This document shows positions 13,027-25,900 of a stretch of DNA of 64,000 nucleotides, piece after piece. The translations under genes and the position numbers were made by a program. Under the pieces are notes generated by a model. It was not told where the DNA came from. It worked only from the letters and a program-made list of their open reading frames with translations, and did not search any database. Within the stretch, counting starts at the first letter, position 1. Each line of letters opens with the position of its first letter. Origin of the DNA: Amoebophrya sp. A120 (lineage: Eukaryota; Protista; Dinoflagellata); NCBI GenBank assembly GCA_905178155.1, contig CAJINV010000001.1, forward strand, positions 10,782,311 to 10,846,310. The letters run 5' to 3'.

Positions 13027-13447
13027 ATGCTTGTTCGGAGCAGGAGGAATTTCCAACGCACAAAAGGAAGGCTGTCAGTTCAACCACGCATCAGATTGGT
13101 TTTCTCGGTTACCCGGTCGGTGTTCATCTCTATGATAGGAAAAATGCATCGAAGTGATCTTCACTCTGGGATCAGGGGAATAAAACACATTCCAGTATAC
13201 TCCGATCCAATAAAAGTTCCGTTGCTGCGGTTAATGAAGACATGTGAAGGTGGCAATGCCAGTGGTGTGTCAAACCTCACACTTCAGCAGACCAAAAGTA
13301 GTTCGGATCTGTGATTGCGTTTTGTTTAGATGTAAGTCGAATCTTACAACTAATCGGTTGACGCTGGCCTTGTAATTGCAAACATCAAAAATCGGAGTAG
13401 TTCTCGACTCAACCTCTTCGTCGTACATTCCCACACTGCATCAAAAA

Positions 13448-14210
13448 ATGGACGGCAAGCGAAAAACTGAGTTTGTGGAATTCTGCTTGACCCAGCAGGC
13501 GCTGAAATTTGGATCGTTCACGCTGAAATCTGGCCGGCAGTCCCCGTTTTTCTTCAACGCTGGCAGCTTCAACTCCGGCACTTCGGTTGGCGAACTTGGG
13601 GAGTTTTACGCCGACGCACTCGTGTCCTCCGGCCTGGAGTTTGACCATTTGTTCGGACCGGCGTACAAGGGCATTCCACTGGTCACCGCGACCGCGATAG
13701 GTTTGAGGGGGCACAAGAAGGACATCCCCTTCACGTTCAATCGAAAAGTAGAGAAGGACCACGGCGAGGGCGGCGTCTTCGTCGGCGCGGACTTGGCAAA
13801 CAAAAAAGTCATCATCGTCGACGACGTCATCACGGCCGGCACCGCGATTCGCGAGTCCCTGACACTGCTGGAGAAGATACCCGGTTGTACCGTGGTTGGC
13901 GTTCTGGTAGCACTGGATCGCCAGGAAAAGGTTTCCCTAGAGGAGAACTTGTCCGCGATACAGAAGGTATTTTTTGATGCTTATGGTCTTTATGTTTTTT
14001 TTGCATGGAAAGGTTTTTCTTTTTGGAAATGACGCCGCAGAAGTACTTGCCATGCGCTAAGAAAGAACAACATCACAGGTCGAGCAGGAATTCAAATTCC
14101 CCGTAATCAGCATCATCCAGCTTGGGGACTTGCAGCTTTATCTCAAAGACAAAGGCGATCCACTTTTGGACGCCGTCGTGCAGTATCGTGAACAGTACGG
14201 TGTAAACTGA
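13448..14210 (+). CDS. pyrE: Orotate phosphoribosyltransferase, monofunctional (intron 13967-14078)
   Basis: [42 protein letters not shown] and PRPP motif [15 protein letters not shown]; after a GT-AG intron, exon 2 gives [13 protein letters not shown]...YREQYGVN*. Confidence 0.95.
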
Positions 14211-14897
14211 AACTAACTGTGCGACAACTCCGCAACCTGTCATGTATGTAAGTTTCCATCTCAACTTTCTGATTTGTACTCGCCTTGATGCCATAAAGGG
14301 CTTCGCAGCGGTGTGTTCTGTAGCGAAAACAAGATTTGTTTTTCATCGCATTTTCCGGCGCTTGAAGGCGCTAATCGCTTGCTCGTTTCGATACTGCCTG
14401 CACTAATTTTAGGAGTGTGAAGTTGAGCGGGTCATCCTCTTGAGCGATTTGATAATGAGAGATTTGCTTTGAAGAGGGCACTACATCGGTCGTGTAGATA
14501 CTCAGTTGAAGCCGAGCAGAATTGTTTGTAGCATCGGACTGAAGCTAACTCTTTTCGCACCTGTCGCCAGGACCTTTTTCATCTTCTGCTACCCATATTG
14601 AGTATTGTGAGCTTGATTCTTTCTACCCGTATTCCCGTGTCTACCCATTAATTTTTTCACACAGTGCTGAACAAGCATCTTCACTAGTTCTTTTCCTGTC
14701 CGTGTTTTTGTTGACAAGTTTGAATTTTCTTAAGCTAAAGCAATCTTATTTTCCAGCACCCACAATCACCCACCATGCGTCTCTTACCTCGATTAGCAAT
14801 GTGCATGCACCGCTTAGTCCAGCGGTTGAATTTGGACGTGACGGCAGCGGGAAGAAGACCCCGCGCCTGAGGGAAAATCCCGTGTGCAGCTTTCACG

Positions 14898-17800
14898 ATG
14901 CTGACGAGACTATCCATCGGGGTCGCGGGAATGCGCTTGTTTCCACTCCTCCTTTATCTTCTGACGTGCGCCCTGCCGTTTCTACCAAGAGCAGATGCCG
15001 GATTTCGGAAGCACGGTGACGGGCGCTGCACGTTCGAGCAGGAAGAAGTGACCGGGATCAAAGCCAACCTGAACGGCTTCGATTTCCATGTGGGCTTCAA
15101 GCTGTGCCGCGACTACTGTGCGGGCGCGGGCACTTCCTGTTGGGGCATCACCTGGTCGCACTGCCGCCGAACTTGCACGCTGCACGGTATGCCTGCGAAT
15201 CTCTTCGCGGCGCAGCCGCTAGTTGGGGAATCCAGTCTGGATGAGTGTTCCATCGAGCCACTGACCCCCAGCCCGGCGCTCTTCAAAGCGGTAGGAGGGG
15301 TGAGTATTGGGACCGAACCGCCAACCGTGATGAACTCCGACGGGTTTTGCGACGCAGTGTGCCTCGTGCACACCATGGAATGCAGTGTGAAGGACAACAA
15401 CCACAACATCTTTGTGTCCGTCGGCAGTGCGGCGGGCGCGCAGCAGCTGAAGCTCATTGTGCCCGACGTACCCGCACTGCAGCCGGGCCGATACACGCAG
15501 GGTTACTGTCCAGCAGGGTACAACTTGATACCTGCAATTTTTGTTTTATTTCTTTCCTGTTGCCCTTATTCTATACCTACAGGTTTCATCTTCTCTGCTG
15601 TGTGTTTGTCTTTGACGTCATGCAGCTGGCTTGTTTGTTCGAGAACCCTCTAGAGAAGTGGTAGAGAAACTACAGAAAGTACTACATTCCAAACAGGTTC
15701 CAAGGGACTGTGGACCTGCTCTGCCAACTTGGCGAAGTGACCTTCCCACCTGGTGTCACGCAGCAAATGAAGTGCAACCGCGACTGCGCGAAGGGGACCA
15801 TCCAGGCGCTGGAGTCCAAGCAGGTGGTCGTCGTTCCGGCCATGGCGCATGGGTCGTTCCAGGACATCCCCTGCCCGGACGGGTACGGGGGCCCGCTGCG
15901 TTTGCGTTGCTTCAACGGGCAATACATGTACACCGACCAGAAATGCGGCCACGACTGCCCGGCCGGAAACATTTTGGACAACGGCGCGCTGCTCGGGTAC
16001 AACCCCATGCCCCATAGATCCACGCAGACCATCGTTTGCAAGGCCCCGTACCAGGGGGTCATAAACCTGCAGTGCGACAACGCGGTGGTCACAGTGCTTT
16101 CCGGAAACTGTTTGCTCGGTTGCCCCGTCGGCACGCCGGACCCGGTCACCAACATCATCATACCGGGCAGTCCCCCTCGAACCTTGCACCCGAAGGGTTT
16201 GAAATACAGCTACATGGACGAGATGGAAAGACCCTACACGTTAGATTACCCCGTCACCGTAGTCATGGAGCACGACGAAAAGCGCGTGGCCAACTGTCCC
16301 GGGCAGTATGCGGGTCAATTCGAAATGCACTGCTACCACGGCCAGATCGCGATCATCACCATTGGCACGCCGTGCGAGGCAAACTGCAACGACCTGCGGC
16401 CGTTCATGGCGGGCCAGTTCTTGAAGGCCATTCCGAGTGTCCCGGCGTACTTATCAAAAGGAAAAATCCCCCCTCCCCATATCAAAACGAAGTTTCTGAT
16501 GCTGGATTTGCGTACACAAATCAGATTTGGCTTGCTAGAGACGACTGCAGGCGTATGTCAAGCCTCAGTCGAGAGGTTTTGACGTAGGCGCCTAGCATGA
16601 CAGACGTGTATGCTCTAATCCCAACAGCATCACAAACCGCCTGCAAAATGCGGAACGCTTTCTGGACTTGCCTTCTTGCAAGACAGACAGGATTTGAGGT
16701 CACAAATGCGCATCACAAATTTTCAGACGGATACGTTTTCGATATGGGGAGGGGGGATTTTTCCTTACGATAGTACTCGGGAGAGGTGAAAAAGTTCCCC
16801 TGCGAGGAAACGGGGACCCTGATCGACGCAAAATGCGTACAGGATTTTTGTGCTTCTATCTGTGATGTTGAATCGATCGCACAGTATGCGCATATGGCGG
16901 TTTTTTTTTCTTGTCTTCAAATAGAAATCTTCGAGAAAACGTTATTTCCGGAATTTTTATACAGGTTCGGGGCCGGTTCCAGAGTCAGCAGGTCTGTTAC
17001 CGCAACTGCTTGCCTCAAGTTGTGTACCACGGCGGCATGCCCCTAAATCTGACGAACTCATCTAAGCACGGCGAGATCGTCCGGCGCGACTGCGAGACCG
17101 GGTTTTACGGCATCATCGAGATGGCGTGCGACGATGGTTGGGCATATGTCGCAACCTTCGAATGCGGTCAAAATTGTGCAGGAGGGCAGTTTCCCTTAGG
17201 GAAGGGTGTGGTAGTGTCCTTCGGTGAGCAGTTGCACCTGTCCACCTTCCAGGCCACTTGCCCTGATGGATATGTGGGAACGGTGATGATGAGGTAAGCA
17301 TAAGCAAACACTTGTTGCAACCTGCGGCTACTCAAAGGAAGTCTAGTTAAAAATGGAAGTCTCCGAGGGCGATCATCCTGTAGTCACATCTGAAAATGAA
17401 AGACCCCGGTCTGCAAGATTTTATCGAACCCTTCGCATGCATCTTCATTGCGCTGGGTTTTTTGATTCTTGCTAAACTAATGCGTTGTTTACTACACTTC
17501 CCGGTTCCAAAATTCGGGATGGTGTTATGCTACAGCGGCACAATAAATATGATACACCTACTTCTTCACCTGCACTCGTATCGACCACAATAAAACGTGA
17601 ACGGACGGAATGTGCAAGATTTTATCGAACCCTTCGCATGCATCTTCATTGCGCTGGGTTTTTTGATTCTTGCTAAACTAATGCGTTGTTTACTACACTT
17701 CCCGGTTCTAAAATTCGGGATGGTGTTATGCTACAGCGGCACAATAAATATGGTACACTTTCTTCACCTGCACTCGCATCGACCACAATAAAACGTGCAC

Positions 17801-20800
17801 GGACGGAGTCAATGCGTCATGATCTGAGCCAGATTTATTTCACCTTTGTTTCATCTGTATCTGCCAAACCCGATTCTCAGATGCGAAGACGGCACGCCGT
17901 CGTACCAAAGTGGTATCTGCCTTCCAACGACCACCACGACCACCACTACCACTCGCGCACTCTACTGCCACAACACAACCATTTCGCTCGCGTACAACGA
18001 CACACAGTACGTGCTTGCCGCGAACAAGTCCGGCCACGTCATGGCCTACAACGTTAGCAACCTGACCTACCTCTCCACGATGCAACTGCAGTGCCCGCCC
18101 GGGTTTGGCGGTCCCGTCGAGATCATGTGCGACGCGTGGGGGGCACTGGAGGAGTCGCAGTTGAAGACGTTTAAGGATAGCATGACGTTTCCGGGCAGTT
18201 CCGAGGCGGAGTACCTGAAGTACTACGACACGCAGAACTTCGCCACGGCGTCCTCAAGGGAGTTGGAACAGCAGGAGTTTGGAACGTTTTACAACGGCGA
18301 AAGTCAGGCGGACTACATAAACTCGCCAATGGGAGCAGGACGAGGCGGAGGAGCGGCGTCTTCTACTTCCAGTCTGGAACACAGTGCTCTTGGTGTAGGA
18401 ACAACGACCACAACATCGTCAAGTGAAATAAACCAAGAAAGGAGCACGAGAGCGTATTCTGAAGCCCCCCCGGCGCCACCCGCAGCTTCACACGGGCGAC
18501 AGTTGCACCATCCTGCCCTCCCCTTCGGGCAGACACTCCCCCCCGCGGAGCAGACGCGGCACGATATGGGTGGCGGCACGGAGACCTACCGCGGCTACAG
18601 CATCAACGTCGAGCAGGACTACAATTCGTTGCGGGGGCGGCCCTATTGGCGGGTCGCGACGTACTTGAATGCAACGACGTCTTTGTTTCCCCCCTACCAG
18701 TTCGACCACGCGCGGCGGTACGGTGACCAGTACTACGATGCATTTGACGAGAACAAAACGGACTACGGTCCGGGGCGGCCGTCGCTGCATCAGTACAACC
18801 TGGACGCTGCGCTCTACCCCTACAAGCAACTCCCGCGTATCGTCTTCGTCTCGCGCGTCACCTCCTGTGGGCAGAGCTGCTACGGGCCGCTGGTGTTCGA
18901 GCACTTCGACACGCGGTACGAAACGGGCAGCCACACGTACGAGGTAAACAAGAATCTCTTGCACGGCGAGGAGCACCACATCACCTGCCCGGGAGCGGGG
19001 AACCTGGTGCGGTTTGTGTGCTGGGACGGCATTTTTGTGAAGATGGACCAGACGGAAATCTGCGGCGTGAAGTGCGTGGTGAACGACCTGGCCGACGTGT
19101 GGCGCCGGTCCGGCCTCACGCAGCGGTTGGACTACAACACCACGCTGTCGATCATGTTCACCTTCGCCACGACGACGACGACTACTCCCCCACCCACCAC
19201 CGAGCCCCCGCCGCTGCTTCTCGGCATGACGCGACCGCCGATGATCACATCGGACATTGCGACCACGACGCCGGACCCGCTCTTTGTCACGGACCACTTC
19301 GACTTCTTTTCCGCGCAGAATTTCACGGGGTTCCAGCTGGAGCACATGGAGACGAAGCTGATGAGCTGCTGGAACAACCACAGCAACACGGACTTGTTTT
19401 CCAGCAACCCGTTGCTGCTCTGCTACAACGGAAATGTCACGTTCGGCTCGAAGGATTTTTCCTACGACGGGAAGCCACCGACGCAGGAGGATCGGGTCGC
19501 GGCCCTGCAGGACTCCGTCGCGTGCGGGCGGAACTGTCCCGCCGAGGGGTTTTTGTTCAAGATCGGGAGGGCCGATCCGAACTACGTGGGGTTTGCGCGA
19601 AACCCCTTCACGGAGAAGTACGGGCATCTGGACGAGGTGGGGGACGACCCGTTCACGTTGTTCCTGGAGTTCTTCTGGGGCAACCAGCCGACGGCCCGGA
19701 CTGAGTTTGAGGAGCACGAGTGGGACGTGGACGTCGACCCGCTGCTCGGGACGGATGGACTGCCGATTTACGACAACGGGGGCTACACGACGCCGGAAAT
19801 CAACATCGACCCGCGGACCGGTTTGGCGATCGGCCACCCGCAGTTCTCGTTGGAGTTTGGCCACTTCCGCCCGGTCCGCACGCCCGGGTTCACGTGGCGC
19901 GACGAGCTGCAGCGGGAGCCGACGTTCTCGTTGATGCGCAACGGGGAGCAGCATTCGCGAAACTGCGAGGACATCCTCGGCCGGAAGTCCGCGCCGGTCC
20001 CCGGCGTGCCGAACTCCGGCGGGCACAGCCTGTTCATGGGCACAGTTAACTGGCAGTGTCAGGACGGCACCGTGAATGTGCAGGCGACCTGCAAGCGGCG
20101 GTGCGTCGCGGCGCAGTACCGCAAGGCGTTTCCGGGGGGCAACTTGCTGTTACTCCCTCGCGACGATTCCGTCTACTACGACCACGGGGAGGAAGTTTTG
20201 ACGCCGTGCACGGACACAAACAAGTTCGCCAACGGCACCGGGATTTTGCGCGTCTGCGACGACGGGGAGCTGAAGATATTGGAGGAGAACTGCGTCATCA
20301 ACTGCCGCCCCTACATCTACCAGGGGACCATCGACGTGCTGCCCCCCCGGGTCGTCGAGCACGGCACCACGGACAACGTGTTCGAGTGCCCCCCGTACCT
20401 GGCCGTGGGAACCTACCGCGTGGAGTGTTTCAACGGGATCCGCAAGGTCCCCGCGGAGGACTTCACCTGCAAGCGGCATTGCCTGCCCCTGCGTCCCGGC
20501 GAACTGATCAACGACGAGTTTCGCCACGGATTCATCTACCACGACACCTTCCACAAGGGCCAGTGCGCGGACAACAGCACCATTTCCGTCGGGTGCAGCG
20601 ACGCGCAGGTGCGGATCGTCGGCGGGGACTGCGGGTTCCCGTGTCTGGCGGGGGAGATTCTGCTGGACCCGCGCCGGCCGCTGGACCCGCCCGTGCAGTA
20701 CCCGAAGTTCTACCACATGCAGACCCTGACGGTGTCGTGCACCGGGGGCTCGGTCGGGACGGCGGAGCTGCTGTGCCAGAACTCCCAGGTCACCGCGCAA

Positions 20801-21202
20801 AACGTGAACTGCAACGCGGAATGTCCGGTGCGGTACGATCTGGACACGACGTTGTGGGTGGACACGTCGGTGCAGGACGACTTCGACCCGCGGAACTACG
20901 GAAAGTTGTCCACCGGGAAGGTGCTGCAGCCCGACACGCTCCAGCGGTACAGCTGTGCCGGCGGGGAGGCGCTCGTCAAGTGCGACACGTCGGGCGAAAC
21001 AGCCGTCGAGGGGGTGATCGATCAGCCGTGCGGAATTCCGTTGCGCCTGTGCGGTTGCTGCGCCCTCAGCTCGCAGCTGCCCACGGCGGGCGCGAGCTCG
21101 TTGCGGAGAAATTTCGAAAGTTTCTGGACCAGAAATGGCATAGTCGCTTTGTTTCTCCTACTCAGGTTTGCGTTCGCCGTCCGGGCGGACGACGCGAGAT
21201 AG
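14898..21202 (+). CDS. Large secreted/surface cysteine-rich repeat protein (exons ~14898-15517, 15697-16451, 16778-16842, 16965-17293, 17881-21202)
   Basis: N-terminal signal peptide; PAN/apple-like Cys cluster; repeated H-x5-CP.GY.G...C..G...C...C modules; Thr-rich tracts; hydrophobic C-terminus (TM or GPI signal); exon frames join. Confidence 0.75.
16452..16772. mobile_element. TIR introner/MITE family B, 321 bp
   Basis: TATCAAAAGGAAAAATCCCCCCTCCCCATATC...GATATGGGGAGGGGGGATTTTTCCTTACGATA; TSD GTACT; removal gives in-frame PAYSGEVKKFPC. Confidence 0.93.
16843..16964 (+). other. GA-AG intron
   Basis: Flanked by direct repeat TACAGG; removal gives KCVQVRGRFQSQQVC; no GT/GC donor available in the repeat. 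Confidence 0.65.
17412..17808. repeat. Tandem duplication, unit ~201 bp, inside intron 17294-17880
   Basis: Two near-identical copies beginning TGCAAGATTTTATCGAACCC at 17412 and 17613. Confidence 0.9.
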
Positions 21203-22396
21203 GCGGTGGCACTCCCGAGCCCGCAAGAGCGCCGTGCGCGCTCTGTGCGGTACTGGCCTAGCGTGCGAGAAAGATATTAGTAACCGAGCGCCGCGACACT
21301 CCCAACAACGACGACGGCTGGCGGGGCTAGAACTCCTCGGTGCACAGGAGGAGTAAGTTACGATGGACGGGGGCGCGGGATGCAGCAGTTGTACCAGGGT
21401 ACTTACCGCCTTGCTAGGTCGTGAGCAAGGCGAAGTGGGGGGCTTGCTTCTGTAAGGAGAGAGCGGAAAGGAAACTACTTTTTACCTCATCGGGATGGAG
21501 TAGTTTCTGGCTGCGAGGAGGACTTGAATCTATCAGAGCTGAACTTTGTTTGGGACGAAGATCCTTTGTTCTTGATCTCCATGCTATGTGTAAACTGCTG
21601 TGTGGAAAGGAATTTGTGAAGCAAAGCTAGTACAACTTCTAGAATGAGAAAAACAATTATAGGCGCTCGCAGGGTTCGGGTTCGCGTGCCGTCTGCGCAG
21701 CAAAAAGATCTGTTCCTTCATCTGTGTATATGGTGCTTGTCTTGTTTTGGTTCGCCATCATCCTGCTCCTGTAGCCTTCGTCGTTTTTATGATTTGGATT
21801 TAGTGCGGACGAGCTGGAGTTCTTTTGACTCCTCGTGGTATCCTCCGTCTTTCGAGCCGCCTTATGCATTGATTTGGCGCGAAGTAAAACTGAAGCTATG
21901 AAAATCAGTGCATGTAAAATGCAATTAGCATCGGTGCAGAATCGATTGAGCTCGTCGTTCCAGCCGTATTATGAAAAAAGCTCTGCCGTCGGTTCAGCAG
22001 CATTGCCAGTCGTACGAAAAGATTATCCATCGGTCCTCTAATCGTTGGAAGAAAATTTCGGATACTTACTCTCGTCGGTCTAATCGTACGAAAAAATCGT
22101 CCTTTATACCGTCCACTCATCGTTTCGTTCTTCTGAATCACGACCGCATATCAGGAGTGTTGCTTTATTCACATGAATTTTCAAGCATTTTTCTGTGACA
22201 GTTCCCCCCGATTACGATTCTCTTTTTTTTCAGATCACAAAACCATCCAGAACCACCTACCCGTACCCCCACTACGCATCAGAACATCAGGCCCAACATC
22301 TCTAACAATTTTCGTAGAACCGAGCACATCAATATTGCGAACTGTTTATGGATTTTTACCTTTTTTCGTTTATGAAATCCGAATCCCCATGATAGC

Positions 22397-22756
22397 ATGA
22401 ATTCCGGGGAGGTGGAAAGCCCAGGGAACCGGGCGAGTACCCACTCGGTGGTCTCTTCGGCAAGCAGCCAGGGCGGGGAGAACGCAAGAAGGAGCATTCT
22501 GAAAAGCTCCTCTTCCCCGACTGCAGGCAAACAGATCGGAACAGTGCTGCCACCAGTGGTCCCCGCTGATACGAGGCCATCACTGGGCAGACGGGACTCC
22601 AGAGGGATTCCCATCACGGAGAAGAAAAACCACGCTATCGGCTTTCACGAGTCCGCTACGGGGGAAGTGGTGGCAGACGTAATCGAGGTAGAGGAGTTCA
22701 AGACAACCAACACGACCGTGTCAGGCGGTTGCTGTGGCCTCTTTGCACGCGGTTGA
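22397..22756 (+). CDS. Small hypothetical protein with C-terminal CC motif
   Basis: 119-aa ORF in GC-richer sequence flanked by AT-rich DNA; ends SGGCCGLFARG (possible lipidation). Confidence 0.55.
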   Translation: MNSGEVESPGNRASTHSVVSSASSQGGENARRSILKSSSSPTAGKQIGTVLPPVVPADTRPSLGRRDSRGIPITEKKNHAIGFHESATGEVVADVIEVEEFKTTNTTVSGGCCGLFARG

Positions 22757-22948
22757 CAATTGTAAACTACATATAGATAGATACATAGTTTTTTTGATAT
22801 AGAAGTACTTCGCATAGTGCTGCGCTTTGTCTCTAGTCCTAATACACATAGTGCATTCATTCTTCATCTCCGATTTTGAAAATTTTATTTTGGGAAAAAA
22901 CCTCTATAACTCTAGTAGTCGTGTCACGTAAGAAGCAAAACTATAACT

Positions 22949-25900
22949 ATGCCATCTGCACCAACTCCGAACCGCTCGACCTCGCCGTCGGAGCGACGCC
23001 GGAGCGCGGCGGAGCACCGCGCGCGTAACCATCGAAGAAGTGCGGCCCCTGCTGGCCAAAGCATCTACTCCGCACACCTGCCCGTTGTTCTTGTGCAAAG
23101 TCCCTACAATACGACCAATCGCTCCCAATACGGACCGCTCCTGTTTAACCCCGAAGAGGTTCACGAGCCTGTGGGCCGAGGTAGCACGGATGAAGAGCAA
23201 GACCCGCCATTCCCGGTGCGCACGCGCAGGCGCAGTCGCGGCTCCATGCAGGCGCTGGGTGGTGTACAGCCAGCACCTGAGGAGGACTCGCAATCTCCAG
23301 ACGCGCCGCGCCGTGACTCCATGCAGACGTTGGAAGGCCAGTCCGCACTGATTCAAATGTCTGGCAGCTCGGGGGAGGAAAATCAAAATGCGCACCGGAG
23401 CTCGCTGCTCGGAATTGGGGACCAAGACCCACCTTTGGCTCGGTTGAACTCTTCGGACGATGAAGGGAAGAAAAGTTCTTTCGTCGCAAGTACGCCGGAG
23501 CAAGGAATGGATAGTGATATTCCTGTTCCGTCACCCGGTGCTACGCAGACTGGCATACTGGCGGGCGAGGAAGTGTCCAGCCCTGCAGCGGGGAAAAGAA
23601 GCTCCATGGCAGCTTTAGGGACTGGGGACGCGGAGCAGACGGGCGTCATGATGTCTAATCCGGGCACTCCGGAAGATGGCACGACTCCACGGCTAGCGGG
23701 GAACAAGTCGGCTGAACTGACGTTGACTGAAAGGTTGAAGCTACCACAACTTGCCTCGATGGATACTCTTGCGGGAAATAATATCGAGGGAGCGAATACA
23801 CACACGCAAGACATGATTGCGGTAGCATACACAGACCAAACGATCGCTGCACCACCGACAGGTGCTGAAACGACTGTAGCGGCATTGGATAAACCGTCTG
23901 CTATCACGACCGAAGAACAACCAGTCATCTGGCAGCGACAGGGGCGACGTCGGGAAGAACCACAACCACAAATAGTTGCAGAAGTAGCTGCTGCTCCAGC
24001 AGTTGTAACTGTCCAGCAACATCAGGGCGATGCAGCCAACATTACGGTCGAGAAAGAGGGAGAGAACAACAAGAAGGAAGAACAGGTCGCTCAAAAAGTG
24101 GAACAAGGCAAACAAATCGCAGCAGCCATGGCTCCAAGTGGTCCAACTGTAACTTTGGCCGCTACCATATCTGCAGCCCATGATCATCAAGAAACTTTCC
24201 TACAGCGCGAAGATGACCTCGAAGTGGCGGAGGCGCAGCGTGACGAGTTACTTGCCGAGGCCGCGGCAGTGGAGGCGAAGGCGGAGAATAATGCCCTTGC
24301 CGTAGAGCAACAGCTGACGGCGCAGAAACGAGAGGTCGAGAAGATGCGCGCGGAGGCAAAGCGGATTTTGGCCGCGGCACAGGCGGAGAGGGACGAACTT
24401 CTCGCCAACGCCGAGGCCGAGGTGGCGCATTTGCAGCTGAAGGCCGAGGAGCAGAAGCGGCACTTGGATGCGCAGGAGGAGGAGCTAAAGCGCGTGGACG
24501 AGGACCGTGCGGCGGACAAGGAGAAATTTGTGCAGGAAGCGAAAAAAGTCCTGGTTCAAGCGGAGAAGGAGCGGGAGAAGATCCTGCAAGACGCTTGTTC
24601 CACGGCGGAAGACATTCAGAACCTGTTCTTCGAGGCGGATATCGGCCAGGAATTTTTGAACCTGTTGAAGGACTTGCGGCAACTGAGTCACAGTCTGGCC
24701 GCGGAACTCCCCGTGCTCGGGGTGGGCTTGACCGCGCACGATCAAATGATTTCGCAGAACGCGATTGCAACCTCGTCGAGCAGCAACTCTGAGGCGGATG
24801 AAGTAGATCAGGAGCAAATGGGAGGCGTCACCTCGGACGAGGAGGTGGACCCAACTGCTGCGAAAAACCCCGCTATTAGTAGAGAGGGAGACGCAGTCAT
24901 GAAAAACGCGCCGGAACAAGAGGATCAGGAGCAAGACCAATCTTCCACGATTCCAATTTTGACAAAAATCGAATCCGCGGAGCAAGCGGCCGAGCTGCTG
25001 CTCCCGAGCCGCACTGACTTGTCGAAAATCTGCGAGCAAATCGACCTGTTGCTGCTGCAAGCGCGGGAAATCCATACGGCGGGCGGGTTACAGAAGGTTT
25101 TAGCCATTGTCGCGTCAAGCCAGAAGATGTTCGATGCGCAGAGAAAGGCGGAGCTCGATCGAGCTAAGGAGGACGAAACTTCCACGGACGAAAGTGCGAG
25201 TGGACATGTGACTGCTGCTGGTTTATTTCCAGTTGCAAAAAGGCGGTCCACGAATACGCAGATGGAAGTTGAAGAGCGGGAACGGAAAATTGCTCTTTTA
25301 CAGGAGGAAAACGAGGACTTAAAGGACAAGTTGGAGCGACTAGCGCACGAACTAGCAGAAAAGGAGACGGAGTTGAATGACCCACTGAGACTCGCGGACC
25401 GCCAGAAACGAGCTTCGCGGGGGAAAACTGGTTCTCGATCTGGTGATGCTGTTGTGCAGGCTGTACTACCATCGGCCGCTGCCGTTGCTGACTGCGATGC
25501 TGCTTCCGCCCTTGCTGCTCTCGATCTCGCTCAGAATGACGCCGGTGCTCCTGCAACGCAAACTGCGTCCGCCGAGGCTCTTGCTGCAATTGATGGATCC
25601 TCTACTACCAATGCAAATGCTACAGCCGAGCAGCGAACTCAGTCCATGCCAACGACAACATGGCAACAAGACGGCGCTTACGTGCAGCTTCCAACAATGA
25701 CACTGACCGAGCTTGCTGCGAAGACTGCGGCGGTGTTTCAGAAAGAAGAGAAACTGCGCCAGAAGGAACGGCAGCTCGCCGAAAGAGCGCTCTCTCTGTC
25801 CGAAGAGGCGAAGCTGCTGGAGCAGGGCACGCAGGAGCTGGAACAGTTACAGGAGGAGTTGCACGTGCGGGAAGAGGCTCTGATCGAAAGGGAGCAAGAG

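Noticed and set aside
9254-21261. Long antisense or overlapping ORFs (e.g. 9254-10309, 18488-20026, 20056-21261)
   Set aside because: Shadow ORFs expected from GC3-rich codon usage of the real + strand genes; no recognisable motifs
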